DNA of 47,454 bases, counting the filler, from Nemertoderma westbladi (taxonomy: Eukaryota; Animalia; Xenacoelomorpha), in assembly GCA_032718475.1 (NCBI GenBank). It is 2 parts of 2 records of this genome, joined end to end, with 100 filler letters (N's around TTAATTAATTAA, not from the genome) between each part and the next. Parts side by side here need not be neighbours in the genome. Positions count along the whole stretch, not along the records: positions 1 to 30,502 come from JAUCBJ010005036.1; positions 30,603 to 47,454 come from JAUCBJ010002415.1. One strand, written 5' to 3'. The notes beneath the pieces were generated by a model, which saw nothing but the letters and a program-made list of their open reading frames with translations, was not told where the DNA came from and did not search any database. This document shows, piece by piece, positions 24,459-35,304 of this stretch. Numbering within the stretch: position 1 is the first letter of the stretch; every line of letters begins with the position of its first letter. A program made the translations under genes and the position numbers.

Positions 24459-25112
24459 AACCATCGAGGTAGGGTGAATGTGCTAGAACCCGGAAACTAT
24501 GGTAATATTCTCTGGGTTAGCCAATAAACTATAAATTTAATTGCAAATATTTTAGAAACTGTAAATTATTATTGTGATATAAAGCCCTACAGTATTTATT
24601 TATTATTAAATATTTTAATATTATATTTTGCTGGCCAAGTTACTCACGAGCGAGGATTGTGTGTGGGTGAAGGTTTTTTGTGTGTAAAGAAACACGCAAC
24701 GGACCCAGATATAATTTTACAAAACAACTTCCATTGTTCTACAAATCCTAACGGAATCTAATAGAGTTTCCTAATTAGTTTCACTTTTAATATTTTGCCA
24801 CAAACTAACTACTTACGATACGACCCTAGTGTAGTTACTGTATGTAGGCCTACCGAGCGAGGGAGGTAAGGTCAGCGTAATAAAGTGTCCTTTTTTACAC
24901 CATGGTGTACATAATTTTGTTACATTATGTCAACTTATCGGCGTTCTGGATGCTTATTTAATAATTAATAGCTTTAATATTGAGCCAATGGCTTATTAAA
25001 ATGTGCAATCACCAATAACACCCCACAGGCCCACACCAATAATGTGTGTTTAAGTGTGTTAGATTTCTATCCAAAACAATAAACGAGACTTTATTTCCCT
25101 TGCAGATATTCC

Positions 25113-25755
25113 CTTGCAGATTCCAAATATGTAACAATATCTGAATTTCGTTGAGAAACAACTGAGATATAGGCGTTCAAATATTTCAAGAATTATCGTT
25201 CTCTGCAGGCCATTTATTCTATTTAATAAATAAACAAAATTCTAGAATGTGTTATTTATTTTATGAGTTGGTGGGCAACAGCGGTAATCCTATCCAATAT
25301 ATCTAATGCGTAGCTAATCATACATAAACAAATTGTTCCAGAACATCGCGTATTTATTAAATAGAATAAATGGCCTTCAGCGAACAATAATTCTTGAAAT
25401 CTTTGAACGCCTATATCTCAGCTGTCTCTCAACGAAATTCAGATATTGTTACATATTTGGAATCCTTGCAACGCAAGCTTTCTATTTATATGAAATATAT
25501 AAATAAATTATGAATAATGTGAAGAATGGCTACGATACGGAAGGTGAGATTTCGCAAAAGGCACTTTTTTAAAACGCTTCTAAAAAATTTAAAGGCGAAA
25601 TCGGAAATTCCGTCTTCATCGTAACAACCACGGTGAGTTGAACTACTGTAGTTGTTTTTCAAATTTCAAGCAATATGATAAAGATTTTTAGAAAAATCTG
25701 GGGGGGGGGGGGGTGTGTCATCAGAAAATGACACTATATTACGGGACATGGTGTA
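25113..25755. mobile_element. Truncated fold-back MITE (subfamily 1), inverted relative to 26461-27334
   Basis: Right terminus cgggacatggtg-TA intact, left arm truncated. The central spacer is the reverse complement of that in the 26461 copy. Confidence 0.85.
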
Positions 25756-25800
25756 TAATAATTATATTAATGAATAATTATAAGATAGCGGATAACTATA

Positions 25801-26460
25801 ATTAAGTTTATTGCGAGATTATAACAGTATTATAATATATTTACAATTAATATATTACAACAGGGCCCAGAACCACAAAAAACATACACAGTTACAATCA
25901 CCAAAATATTAGGATTCATTAATTTTAGTTAAAAAATAAAATAATAGCATTTATTAATTTAGGATATGACATATTATTAGCATTTATTAATTTAGGATAT
26001 GAAACCACTAGCATTTATTAATTTAGGATATAACGCAACATGTATCAACATATTATTTCCGGGCATATATCATTAGTTCTCATAATGTATAAAAAATTCA
26101 GTTAAAATACATACTGTATAACTCATTATCAACTTTATACTGTACATACAATGTAATTATAATAGTCCTAATCATATTAGATTAATTATACAGTTACCAT
26201 GTCATTACTGCTATAGACCTACACTGTACTCATAGTCAGAATTCAGAATGCCCGAGTATCACTATATTAATATTACAATTACTGTATTTACATCTGAATG
26301 ACATTAATCATACTTATAAGTGTTTTACTATCCCTTTCCATTGTATTGTACCCTTATCATTATTATTTGTTAACCCACCTACAGACCTATATCTGATGAA
26401 GCACCGCCTGTCGGTACGAAATATATTATAATACTGTTATAATCTCGCAATAAACTTAAT
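25801..26460 (+). mobile_element. Penelope-like element remnant (pLTR-like) bounded by a perfect 42-bp inverted repeat
   Basis: 25801-25842 is the exact reverse complement of 26419-26460. A hammerhead core abuts the right copy, which contains AATAAA. Confidence 0.5.
26388..26430 (+). ncRNA. Minimal type I hammerhead ribozyme-like motif
   Basis: CTGATGA-a-gcaccg-cctgt-cggtac-GAAA-tatatt: both core boxes, a stem II with one mismatch and a palindromic stem III (ATATAT). Stem I is only ~3 bp. Confidence 0.55.
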
Positions 26461-27334
26461 TACACCATGTCCCGTAATATAGTGTCATTTTCTGATGACA
26501 CGGACCCCCCACCCCCCCCCCCCCCCAGATTTTTCTACAAATCTTTATCATATTGCTTGAAATTTGAAACACCACTAGTTCCACTCACCGTCGATGACCC
26601 CATAAAGTCGGAATTTTCGATGTTGTCTTTAAATTTTTTTATAAGCGTTTTAAAAAAGTGTCTTTTGCGAAATCGCACCCTCTGTATCGTGTCGATTCTT
26701 CACATTAGTCGTAATTTTTTCATATCATTAAAAAGCTTGCGTTGCAAGGATTCCAAATATGTAACAATATCTGAATTTCGTTAAGAAACAGCTGAGATAT
26801 AGGCGTTCAAAGATTTCAAGAAGTATTGTTCCCTGAAGGCCATTTATTCCATTTAATAAATACACGATGTTCTGGAACAGTTTGTTTTAGTCTGAATAGC
26901 TACGCAATATATTTATGGAATAGGAATACCGCTGTTGCCAACCTACTTATAAAATAAATAAAACATTCTAGAATTTTGTGTATTCATTAAATAGAATAAA
27001 TGGCCTTCAGCGAACGATAATTCTTGCAATCTTTGAACGCCTATCTCAGTTGTTTCTCAACGAAATTCAGATATTGTTACATATTTGGAATCCTTGCAAC
27101 GCAAGCTTTTTAATGATATGAAATAATTACGACTAATGTGAAGAATGGCCACGATACGGATGGTGCGATTTCGCAAAAGACACTTTTTTAAAATGCTTAT
27201 AAGAAAAATGTAAAGGCAAAATCCTAGTTGTGTTTCGAATTTCAAGCAATATGATAAAGATTTGTAGAAAAATCTGGGGGGGGGGGGGGGTCCGTGTCAT
27301 CAGAAAATGACACTATATTACGGGACATGGTGTA
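26461..27334. mobile_element. Full-length fold-back MITE (subfamily 1), TA-flanked, Tc1/mariner-type
   Basis: TA-caccatgtcccgtaatatagtgtc...gacactatattacgggacatggtg-TA. Arms of ~360-400 bp are nearly perfect inverted repeats around a ~110-bp spacer; no ORF. Confidence 0.9.
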
Positions 27335-27373
27335 TATTTATACTATGAATCAACCATCATTAACTCAATTAAT

Positions 27374-28271
27374 TACACCATGTCCCTGAATATAGTGTCG
27401 TAATTCAGTGACACCCCCCTACTTTTTCTACAAATCTTAATGAGATTGCATGAAATTTGAAACAGAGATAGTTTCACCTCCCGACCACTGACTGGGTGAG
27501 CCAGAATTTTTATTTTTGCTTTCAATCTTTAGCTACAAGCGTTTAAAAAAAGTGTCTCCGTCGATATTACCCCAGTTACACCGCAGTTATACTTCTACCT
27601 TAGTTGTTTGTTGGTACCAATGGAAAGCTGGCCCTGCAAGGATTTCAAATATGTAACGCAATTTGAATTTCGTAGAAAAATAGCTGAGATGTGGGCGTTC
27701 AAATCTTGCATGGTTTTGCACCGGCGCGGGGCTATTTTATTCTATTAATAAATAAACCATATTCGCGAACATTTTTTAAATGTATGAATAGCTACGTAAT
27801 AGTATGATTAAAGATGTAAGTAATGCATTGTTGCCCAGCTATGTATTTGGATAAACAAAATATTCCAGATTATGTTTATTAAATATAATAAAATAGCCTC
27901 TCGCAGGTGCATAACCATGCAACATTTGAACGCCCATATCTCCGCTATTTTTCAACGAAATTCAAATTGCGTTACATATTTGAAATCCTTGCAGGGCCAG
28001 CTTACAAATGGTACCAACAAACAGCTAACAGTATAAGGTAGAAGAATAACTGCGGTGTAACTGGTGTAATATCGCTGGAGACACTTTTTTTAAACGCTTG
28101 AGCTAAAGATTGAAAGCAAAAATTAAAATTCTGGCTCACCCAGTCAGTGGTCGGGAGGTGAAACTATCTCTGTTTCAAATTTCATGCAATTTCATTAAGA
28201 TTTGTAGAAAAATTTGGGGGGGGGGGGGGGGTGTCACTGAATTACGACATTATATTCTGGGACATGGTGTA
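27374..28271. mobile_element. Full-length fold-back MITE (subfamily 2), TA-flanked
   Basis: TA-caccatgtccc...gggacatggtg-TA. Same architecture as subfamily 1, with diverged but colinear arm sequence. Confidence 0.9.
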
Positions 28272-28842
28272 TAACGGATAACGTAAATAATATTGATTTA
28301 CATTACTTTACCTCGGGTTTCTATAATAACATGAAAAATATATAATTCTAGAATATTACTGTTATGGAACAATATCGATTTAGATAAGTTACCGTAAGAT
28401 TAATTACATTTTTTTTAAACGAAATTGATTTATAACAAAGTAATTATTGAAATATTCATAACTAGACATTTTAAAGAAAGCAATCCAATTTATTCAACGT
28501 ATTTTCTTCTAAAAATATTCTCAAGTTATGACAGTAAAGCCATTCCATCGAAATAAGTTTCGCGTGAAATAAGAATTCATTCCTGTGTGATTATAACGTC
28601 CGAACCGGAATTGTCCACTCTACTGAATGAATAAAGAATGTAAAACTAACACAACTGTAGATTTTTTTATATATTTTTTTTATATATATTAGATTAGATA
28701 TTTAATGGTAATTATCCCATATATACGTGATACAACTATAAATCATAAGGTTATTTTTTTGAGTAAGATATTGTTTACACTTAACTATATTTTGAAGTAA
28801 AAACGTTGGATATACGGTATTATAATCACTGAAAATATCAGT

Positions 28843-29206
28843 ATGAAAGAAGGCCGTAGTCAGTCACAATCAAAAAATGGTTGGAAACTTTTGTCTGGTC
28901 CTGTGGCAGTTCCGGAGAAGGGCGGGTGGAAAGTCATAAAGGGCCCTGTCGCAGTTCCCTTTAGTGGCTTTCTTAATAAAAATAAAGGCATCAAGTCAAA
29001 TCGAAAGTCTTCTAAGCAAAAGGTGTCACGGAATAGATTTTCGAAATCACAGTCAAAAAGAAAACTTTCTAGAGGTTCAAAGGGCCAATCCAAATCTAAA
29101 GGAAAGGCGGTATTTGTTGAGAAACGGTCGAAAAGTGCGGGAAAAAGATCAGGCAGGAGAAAGACAAAGTCTTTGGAATCACGAGGATCGAAGCGTTTAA
29201 CGAATG
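28843..29206 (+). CDS. Uncharacterised K/R/S-rich protein with GWxxxxGPVAVP repeats, first visible exon
   Basis: GWKLLSGPVAVPEKGGWKVIKGPVAVP followed by a basic tract. Donor AATG|gtaggt at 29207 (phase 1) joins in frame to the exon at 30204. Confidence 0.7.
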
Positions 29207-29880
29207 GTAGGTACAGGTACTGGAGCCACGAGGATCAAAGCGTTTAACGAATGGTAGGTGCAGGTACTGGAGCCACGAGGATCGAAGCGTTTAACGAATG
29301 GTAGGTACAGGTACTGGAGCCACGAGGATCGAAGCGTTTAACGAATGGTAGGTGCAGGTACTGGAGCCACGAGGATCGAAGCGTTTAACGAATGGTAGGT
29401 ACAGGTACTGGAGCCACGAGGATCGAAGCGTTTAACGAATGGTAGGTGCAGGTACTGGAGCCACGAGGATCGAAGCGATTAACGAATGGTATGTACAGGT
29501 ACTGGACCACGAGGATCGAAGCGTTTAACGAATGGTAGGTACAGGTACTAGAGCCACGAGGATCGAAGCGTTTAACGAATGGTAGGTACAGGTACTGGAG
29601 CCACGAGGATCGAAGCGTTTAACGAATGGTAGGTGCAGGTACTGGATCCACGAGGATCGAAGCGTTTAACGAATGGTAGGTATACAGTAGGTACTGGAGC
29701 CACGAGGTTTGAAGCGTTTAACGAATGGTAGGTACAGGTACTGGAGCCACGAGGATCGAAGCGTTTAACGAATTGTAGGTACAGGTACTGGAGCCACGAG
29801 GATCGAAGCGTTTAACGAATGGTAGGTACAGGTACTGTAGCCACGAGGATCGAAGCGTTTAACGAATGGTAGGTACAGGT
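29176..29880. repeat. 47-bp minisatellite, ~15 copies, spanning an exon/intron boundary
   Basis: Unit gagccacgaggatcgaagcgtttaacgaatggtaggt(a/g)caggtactg, near-identical copies. Confidence 0.97.
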
Positions 29881-30203
29881 TCTACATATCCACACCCGCC
29901 TGTAAGAAACGATGATTGTGTTACATTAAAAAAATGCCTGCTGAATGATTGGTGCATTTTTCGCATTGCGTGTTTTCGCATGGTGTGACACTATGTGAGG
30001 CGTCACGTATAAACTAATTAATTAACCAATTATTACTTATTCAAACCTGAATTAATGTTAATTTCACAAGGAGCTTTAATCGTAAAATATATCATTCATA
30101 TATATCGTATTATTTAATCAAGTTAACCAATTGTTCCATTTATACTTTGTTTTACTGTAGGCTACTTTATAACACTCGTTCCTTGATAAACATTTTTCAT
30201 TAG

Positions 30204-30502
30204 ATAAAGCAAAGGCAATCGTCTCTAAATCACGATCTCCTAATCCCGTAAAAGGAAATGCCGCTGTAAGATCAATGGGACTTGGTGGTGGTCAGACTAT
30301 GGCTGATTTAATGAGCCCAAGAACTGCGCAAAATGAAGGTTTACCTGCTATTGGACAGATTGGTGGCACTGGGTGGAGGCTGCTATCTGGCCCAATCGCC
30401 ATGGCAACGCCTCAGGGATGGACAACATTAACCGGCTCGGTAGCTGTCCCAACATTCGCAGAAACCGCCCGTAGCAGTTCTCCAAACGGGATAAGATTGG
30501 GC
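30204..30502 (+). CDS. Next exon of the GW-repeat protein (truncated by assembly gap)
   Basis: Acceptor tttttcattag| at 30203. Open frame DKAKAIVSKSRSP...GWRLLSGPIAMATPQGWTTLTGSVAVP repeats the motif pair of the previous exon. Confidence 0.7.
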
Positions 30503-30602
30503 NNNNNNNNNNNNNNNNNNNNNNNNNNNNNNNNNNNNNNNNNNNNTTAATTAATTAANNNNNNNNNNNNNNNNNNNNNNNNNNNNNNNNNNNNNNNNNN
30601 NN
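30503..30602. other. Assembly gap / artificial contig spacer
   Basis: 44 N + TTAATTAATTAA (stops in all six frames) + 44 N = 100 nt. Confidence 0.97.
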
Positions 30603-30776
30603 ATTTAATGTTTACACAAGTAGCCCCCTAGCGGCTGGCATGCGCACTGTTCTTGTTCTTGTAGGCCTAACGGTGTTATGTGCACTGATTACTGTCGTAA
30701 TTACAATTCTTAACACAATGTAATTTCATTTATTTAAGAATGTTATAGGGCATATAAAAGTGATGACAAATGTAAT

Positions 30777-32665
30777 ATCTCTTAAATACGTACCGGTATC
30801 ATGTAAACCTTACTTATCTTTCACGATTGGGGTCTTTAATGAAGTCAAAACAGCTAAGTGATATGAAAAACACTTTGTTAACAATTCTGACAAGTTTCCA
30901 TGGCATCTAGAAACTGAAACATATTGCATATTTTCCTTATACTCGATATAGTGGGGGTGGAGGTTGATTTAATGACGCTGCGGCTAATATATAGCCCGTT
31001 TCTAGCCAAAGTTACACGTTGCCATGGCAACTGCAAGTAAGCAAGTAGTTCATATTGTTCCTTAGACTTGATATATTGGTGGTAGACTGATCCGATGACG
31101 CTACGACCACTACAAAAGCATTACGCCCGTTTAAAGCCCGTTGCTAAGGACATTGTCTATACTGTTAAATTTGAAGGTCGTTTTCACTTGGTTGCTATGG
31201 TATTTTCAAAAAACGAAATATGCCATTAAATTCTTCATATCCAAAATAGTAATCTTTCATAAATTTTAACACGTCATACTGTATCTACTATAAGAGCTGT
31301 TGCTATGGCAAAAAAAATATCCGTACCGGTACCATCTTAAATACGTATATACGTACCGGACCGGTATCATGTAAACCTGACTTATCTTTCAAAATGCGCT
31401 CTTTTATGTAGTCAAAACAGCTAAGTGATATGAAAAACACTTTGTTAACGATTCTGAAAAGTTGTCATGGCATCTAGAAACTGAAACATATCGCATATTT
31501 TTCTTTATTGGAGACCCCCCTTTTTAGGGGGGTCCACCCCCCATTTTTTCTTTATCGGTGGAGGTTGATTTAATGACGCTACGGCTAATATATAGCCCGT
31601 TTTTAGCCTCTTTTTAGCTCAGCTCATTAGAACATGCTGCTTCTAGTGTTGGTCTTTTTATTAACTCCAGAAAGACCAAAATTCTGACAGTTAACTTTGA
31701 AAGTCCTCAGCAAGTCTCTGATCGGATGAGCATAAGCTCAAAGGATGGTATGCTTGAGCATGTGGACGACTTCTGTTACCTGGGATCATGGATCCGGAAG
31801 TCAGGTGAGGACCTTCGAATACGTAAGGGAAAGGCATGGGCAGCCTTGAATAGGCTTTCCAGGATTTGGAAGTCACCTAGAATTAATCGGAAACTTAAGG
31901 TCCGATTATTTAGAGCAGCAGTAGTTCCAGTACTCCTCTACGGGAGTCCATGCTGGGCTCTAACTACTGAGGATACCAAATCTCTGGATGGCACATTCAC
32001 AAGAATGCTACGCCGGGTTCATTGTGTCAAGTACAATGCACACATCTCCAACCAGACACTATATAACATTGGAGGTGTCTCATTGGTTCCCCCAAGCTTG
32101 ACACTAGAACAAAATCGCCTCCGCTTTGCAGGACATTGCTTTCGCCGTGAGGACCAGCCAGTGCATAATCTTGTACTTTGGCAGCCTCATGGAGTGAATA
32201 AGCATGGTGGACAGCCCATGACTTTCTTGAGACGCATCTTAAAGGACACTGGCCTTAAAGATGCGGATGATCTAGCAAATGTCATGGGTGATAGGGAGTT
32301 GTGGCGGTGCAATTTTGTTGACAAGCCGGCACAGCATTCTTAAAAATGCAGCTGCAATGCAGCATGCCGATCCTAGTAGTAGTAGTAGTAGTAGCAAGCA
32401 AGTAGTGCATATTGTTCCTTAGACTTGATATATTGGTGGTAGACTCTGACGCTACGTCCACTGCAAATGCATTACGCCCCTTTAAAGCCCGTTGCTAAAG
32501 ACCTTGTCAATACTGCTAAATTTGAAGGAAGGTCGTTTTCACTTGGCTGCTATGGTATTTTCAAAAAACTAAATATGCCATTAAATTCTTCATATCCAAA
32601 ATAGTAATCTTTCATAAATTCTAACTCGTCATATATCATATAAGAGCTGTTGCTATGGCAATTTT
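30777..32665. repeat. Two tandem ~560-bp units, the second interrupted by an RTE insertion
   Basis: cttaaatacgta...ccggtatcatgtaaacc begins at ~30781 and ~31336; both units end in agagctgttgctatggca. Confidence 0.85.
31610..32394 (+). mobile_element. 5'-truncated RTE-clade LINE (RT C-terminus, short 3' UTR, (TAG)n tail)
   Basis: GLFINSRKTK, VDDFCYLGSWI, LFRAAVVPVLLYGSPCW, LDGTFTRMLRR, RLRFAGHCFR, DRELWR; (tag)7 tail. Confidence 0.9.
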
Positions 32666-33007
32666 CTCCGTTGCTATTTTTAAGACCCCCTAAAAAACCA
32701 GCGCAATCATTTGGTGAAGTCTACCCAAATTTTTTTTAATGTGCCATATCTGTACAAAACATCTATGTAGGGTAGCTGAGTCATATATAAAATTCCTACG
32801 GGGTCATAGGCTGGGGAGCCTCTATTACATACACACGGATTGACGGATATTCTTTCTATCTCGGTAATAAAAATAAAACTAATGACTATGACTAATGACC
32901 TTTCAACTATTGAAAACTAAAATCTACTGAATATCTTTCAACAAATTGAGCCTTATTTTCTTAATTGGTGATAAAATGTGACAAAATATTTTCCTATTTT
33001 ATTGATA

Positions 33008-33144
33008 AATATAGTGATACAGACAGAGCCAGTTGGATAGTAATCAACTAGCCAATAGTTAGGCTACCTTAGCTAATATAGTGATACAGACAGAGCCAGT
33101 TGGATTGTAATCAACTAGCCAATAGTAAGGCTACCTTAGCTAAT
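33008..33144. repeat. 67-bp tandem duplication
   Basis: atatagtgatacagacagagccagttggat...aggctaccttagcta twice. Confidence 0.9.
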
Positions 33145-34124
33145 AACATTATTAGACTCTCAGTAACATCTCGCTCTACCTGAGTGCTGCTGGTTGGATC
33201 TCAGCTCTGCTGTTCCACTTCCTCAATTCTCGCTCCAGGTGTCCTTTGGATAAATTAACAAGGTTGACCAAATGATATGTCGTATTAGTTAGTCGTATCT
33301 TCCTTCACCCTGTAGTTATTGACTAATAAAAGATCGGTGATTTCAATGTTCAATAATTAGTTGAAACAATGATGATGTTTTACAACAGGCTCTGGTGTAT
33401 GATAAAGCGCTATAATACAGCGTAACGTAACGGTGTAAAAGCAAACAAAAATTTCGCAATTCAAATTTTCTGCTGCCCAGCCTAGGTCAGTCGACCACTC
33501 TGTCAGTCGATATGCTTAACTTACACGTCAGTTTTAATCTCATTTAGTGATGATTAATATCCGGCGGCAAATATCCGATAATTGTTGTCAGCAATAGTTG
33601 AAACATTAATGCTAGATTAATTATGCTACCATGGTTCGTACAAACTAAAAGAAAACCCAATCACGGGTACAATTATTATCTTAAATCCTTTGGCCACCTC
33701 TGGTTATTTTTTTAACCATTCAATAATAATTATAATTATAAATTATTATATTCTTAAATTGGTTATTTTTCGCTCAAATTTACCCGAATGTCGGGAGAAA
33801 AATAAGTATTTTTTTCCTTAAATTAACCCATAGGATTGCATTGATTTCATCCTTTTCCAGGCGGAATGTGCAATAATGTACATCCTTATAGGGGGTATTT
33901 CTTAAATTTTATTCCATGTGTTGAAAACAAAAGGATTAAAATTTACGGATTTGTTTGTAATATTTATTATTCGAAAGTTTTAAACATACAATTTAATCAA
34001 CAGCGTCTAGTTTTGTAAAAAAATAAGTGTCTATGCGGTCAAAACAAAAATCTAACGCGCGAGTTTCTCTCTAACATTATTACCCTTCAGTTGCATGTTA
34101 GTTTATTTGGTCTGCGTGTACGCA

Positions 34125-34179
34125 CAGGGGCGGATCCAGGAACTAGAGCCCCCTCAGCCCCCCTCTGGATCCGCGCCTG
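34125..34179. repeat. Tiny inverted-repeat element (internally deleted MITE-like)
   Basis: caggggcggatccag / ctggatccgcgcctg arms in a GC-rich island. Confidence 0.6.
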
Positions 34180-34304
34180 TAGTACGCAGCCACTTCTTAT
34201 ATTTTTAGTGAAACATCTGGGTTTAGAAAATATGAAATCAGGAATCAGGCGATCATATTCCGCTGATAGTTCCTCCTATTCCTAACTCAATTTGTATATT
34301 TTAA

Positions 34305-34432
34305 ACAAACTACGAGGTATGGCGGTATGGGTTAGTGTTAGTATGGGTTAGCAAACTACGAGGTATGGGTTAGTGTTAGTATGGGTTAGTGTTAGTATAG
34401 TATGGGTTAGCAAACTACGAGGTATGGGTTAG
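34305..34432. repeat. Irregular short tandem repeat (gtatgggttagtgtta / caaactacgag modules)
   Basis: atgggttag occurs six times, interleaved with three caaactacgaggtatgg modules. Confidence 0.8.
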
Positions 34433-35199
34433 AAAAATGGACATTAATTGGTATTGGGTAGATACTGGGGTCGGCGCTGCCTTGTTACATCTCAGTACCA
34501 GTAGCTTTTTTTAGCTAGGATTGTGGCAAATAGAATGTCGCGTAGCGTTTAGTAAGTAGCGTTTAATTGGGCTAGACGACTTTGGTATTTGTATATCTAT
34601 GGTTAAATCATCAACCTTTTGTCGGCCTTCACCTCCTGTGCCTTCATCATTGTGTATTTCGTATTGCGACGTCATTGTGGTTAAAAAACTTTATCAGGGA
34701 AACATGCGCAGAACCATCAAACATTTTGTAATTGACGATAAAAACTGGAAGACTCGGAGCGAAGAGGTCAAGGGCAAATCTACTGTCATCCCTACATGTT
34801 ACTTTGCGTTTTCTGATTAAATGTGGAGTATAATTCCATGTAATTCGCATAAGGAGTTGGCAAGCTGTGTTATTTATTTAATATTTATTAATGTCAATAA
34901 AATACGGTCACACCTTAGCAACACGATATCAACCATAGTGGGATGGTGTTGTACTATAGACAGCTGGAAAGGGGGGTGTGGGGCGAGCCACGTAGCCACG
35001 TAGAAGAGAGAGTGTTAACGAACAGATACTGTTTAGGGGGTTGGTCAGTAATAATAATAGTAGTTCGTCGTTGTAAGAATTTGAAATGCCAACAACTTTT
35101 TGAGATTTAAAGCTGTCGAATCAATTTATAGACATCAATAAAACCAAAAGTTGAGGCTGCCAAAGCAAAAGATTATGCATTGACTGTCCCGTCCCCACG

Positions 35200-35300
35200 T
35201 CAAAAGCAAAGTCCTGGAAAGCGGAGGCGGCTGTTTTCAAGTGTCAAGCTTGGGGAGACCAATGGGACACCTCCAATGTTATATACTGTAGTGTCTGATT
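35200..35300 (-). mobile_element. Short diverged RTE fragment
   Basis: YNIGGVPLVSPSLTLENSRLRFPGLCF aligns with YNIGGVSLVPPSLTLEQNRLRFAGHCF of the 31726 ORF. Confidence 0.8.
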
Positions 35301-35304
35301 GGAG

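Noticed and set aside
26467-27245. Mirror-image ORFs 26467-26784 (+) and 27057-27245 (-) as duplicated genes or a transposase
   Set aside because: They are translations of the two arms of a palindromic MITE, with no transposase motifs.
29176-29880. CRISPR array or coding repeat
   Set aside because: Units are contiguous with no spacers; 47 bp is not a multiple of 3 and a stop occurs in the second unit.
30547-30558. TTAATTAATTAA as a biological motif or the stop of ORF 30275-30550
   Set aside because: It is centred in a 100-nt N spacer, so it is an assembly linker; adjacency across it is unproven.
34305-34432. Interstitial telomere
   Set aside because: Contains GGGTTA but never tandem TTAGGG; it is an irregular local repeat.
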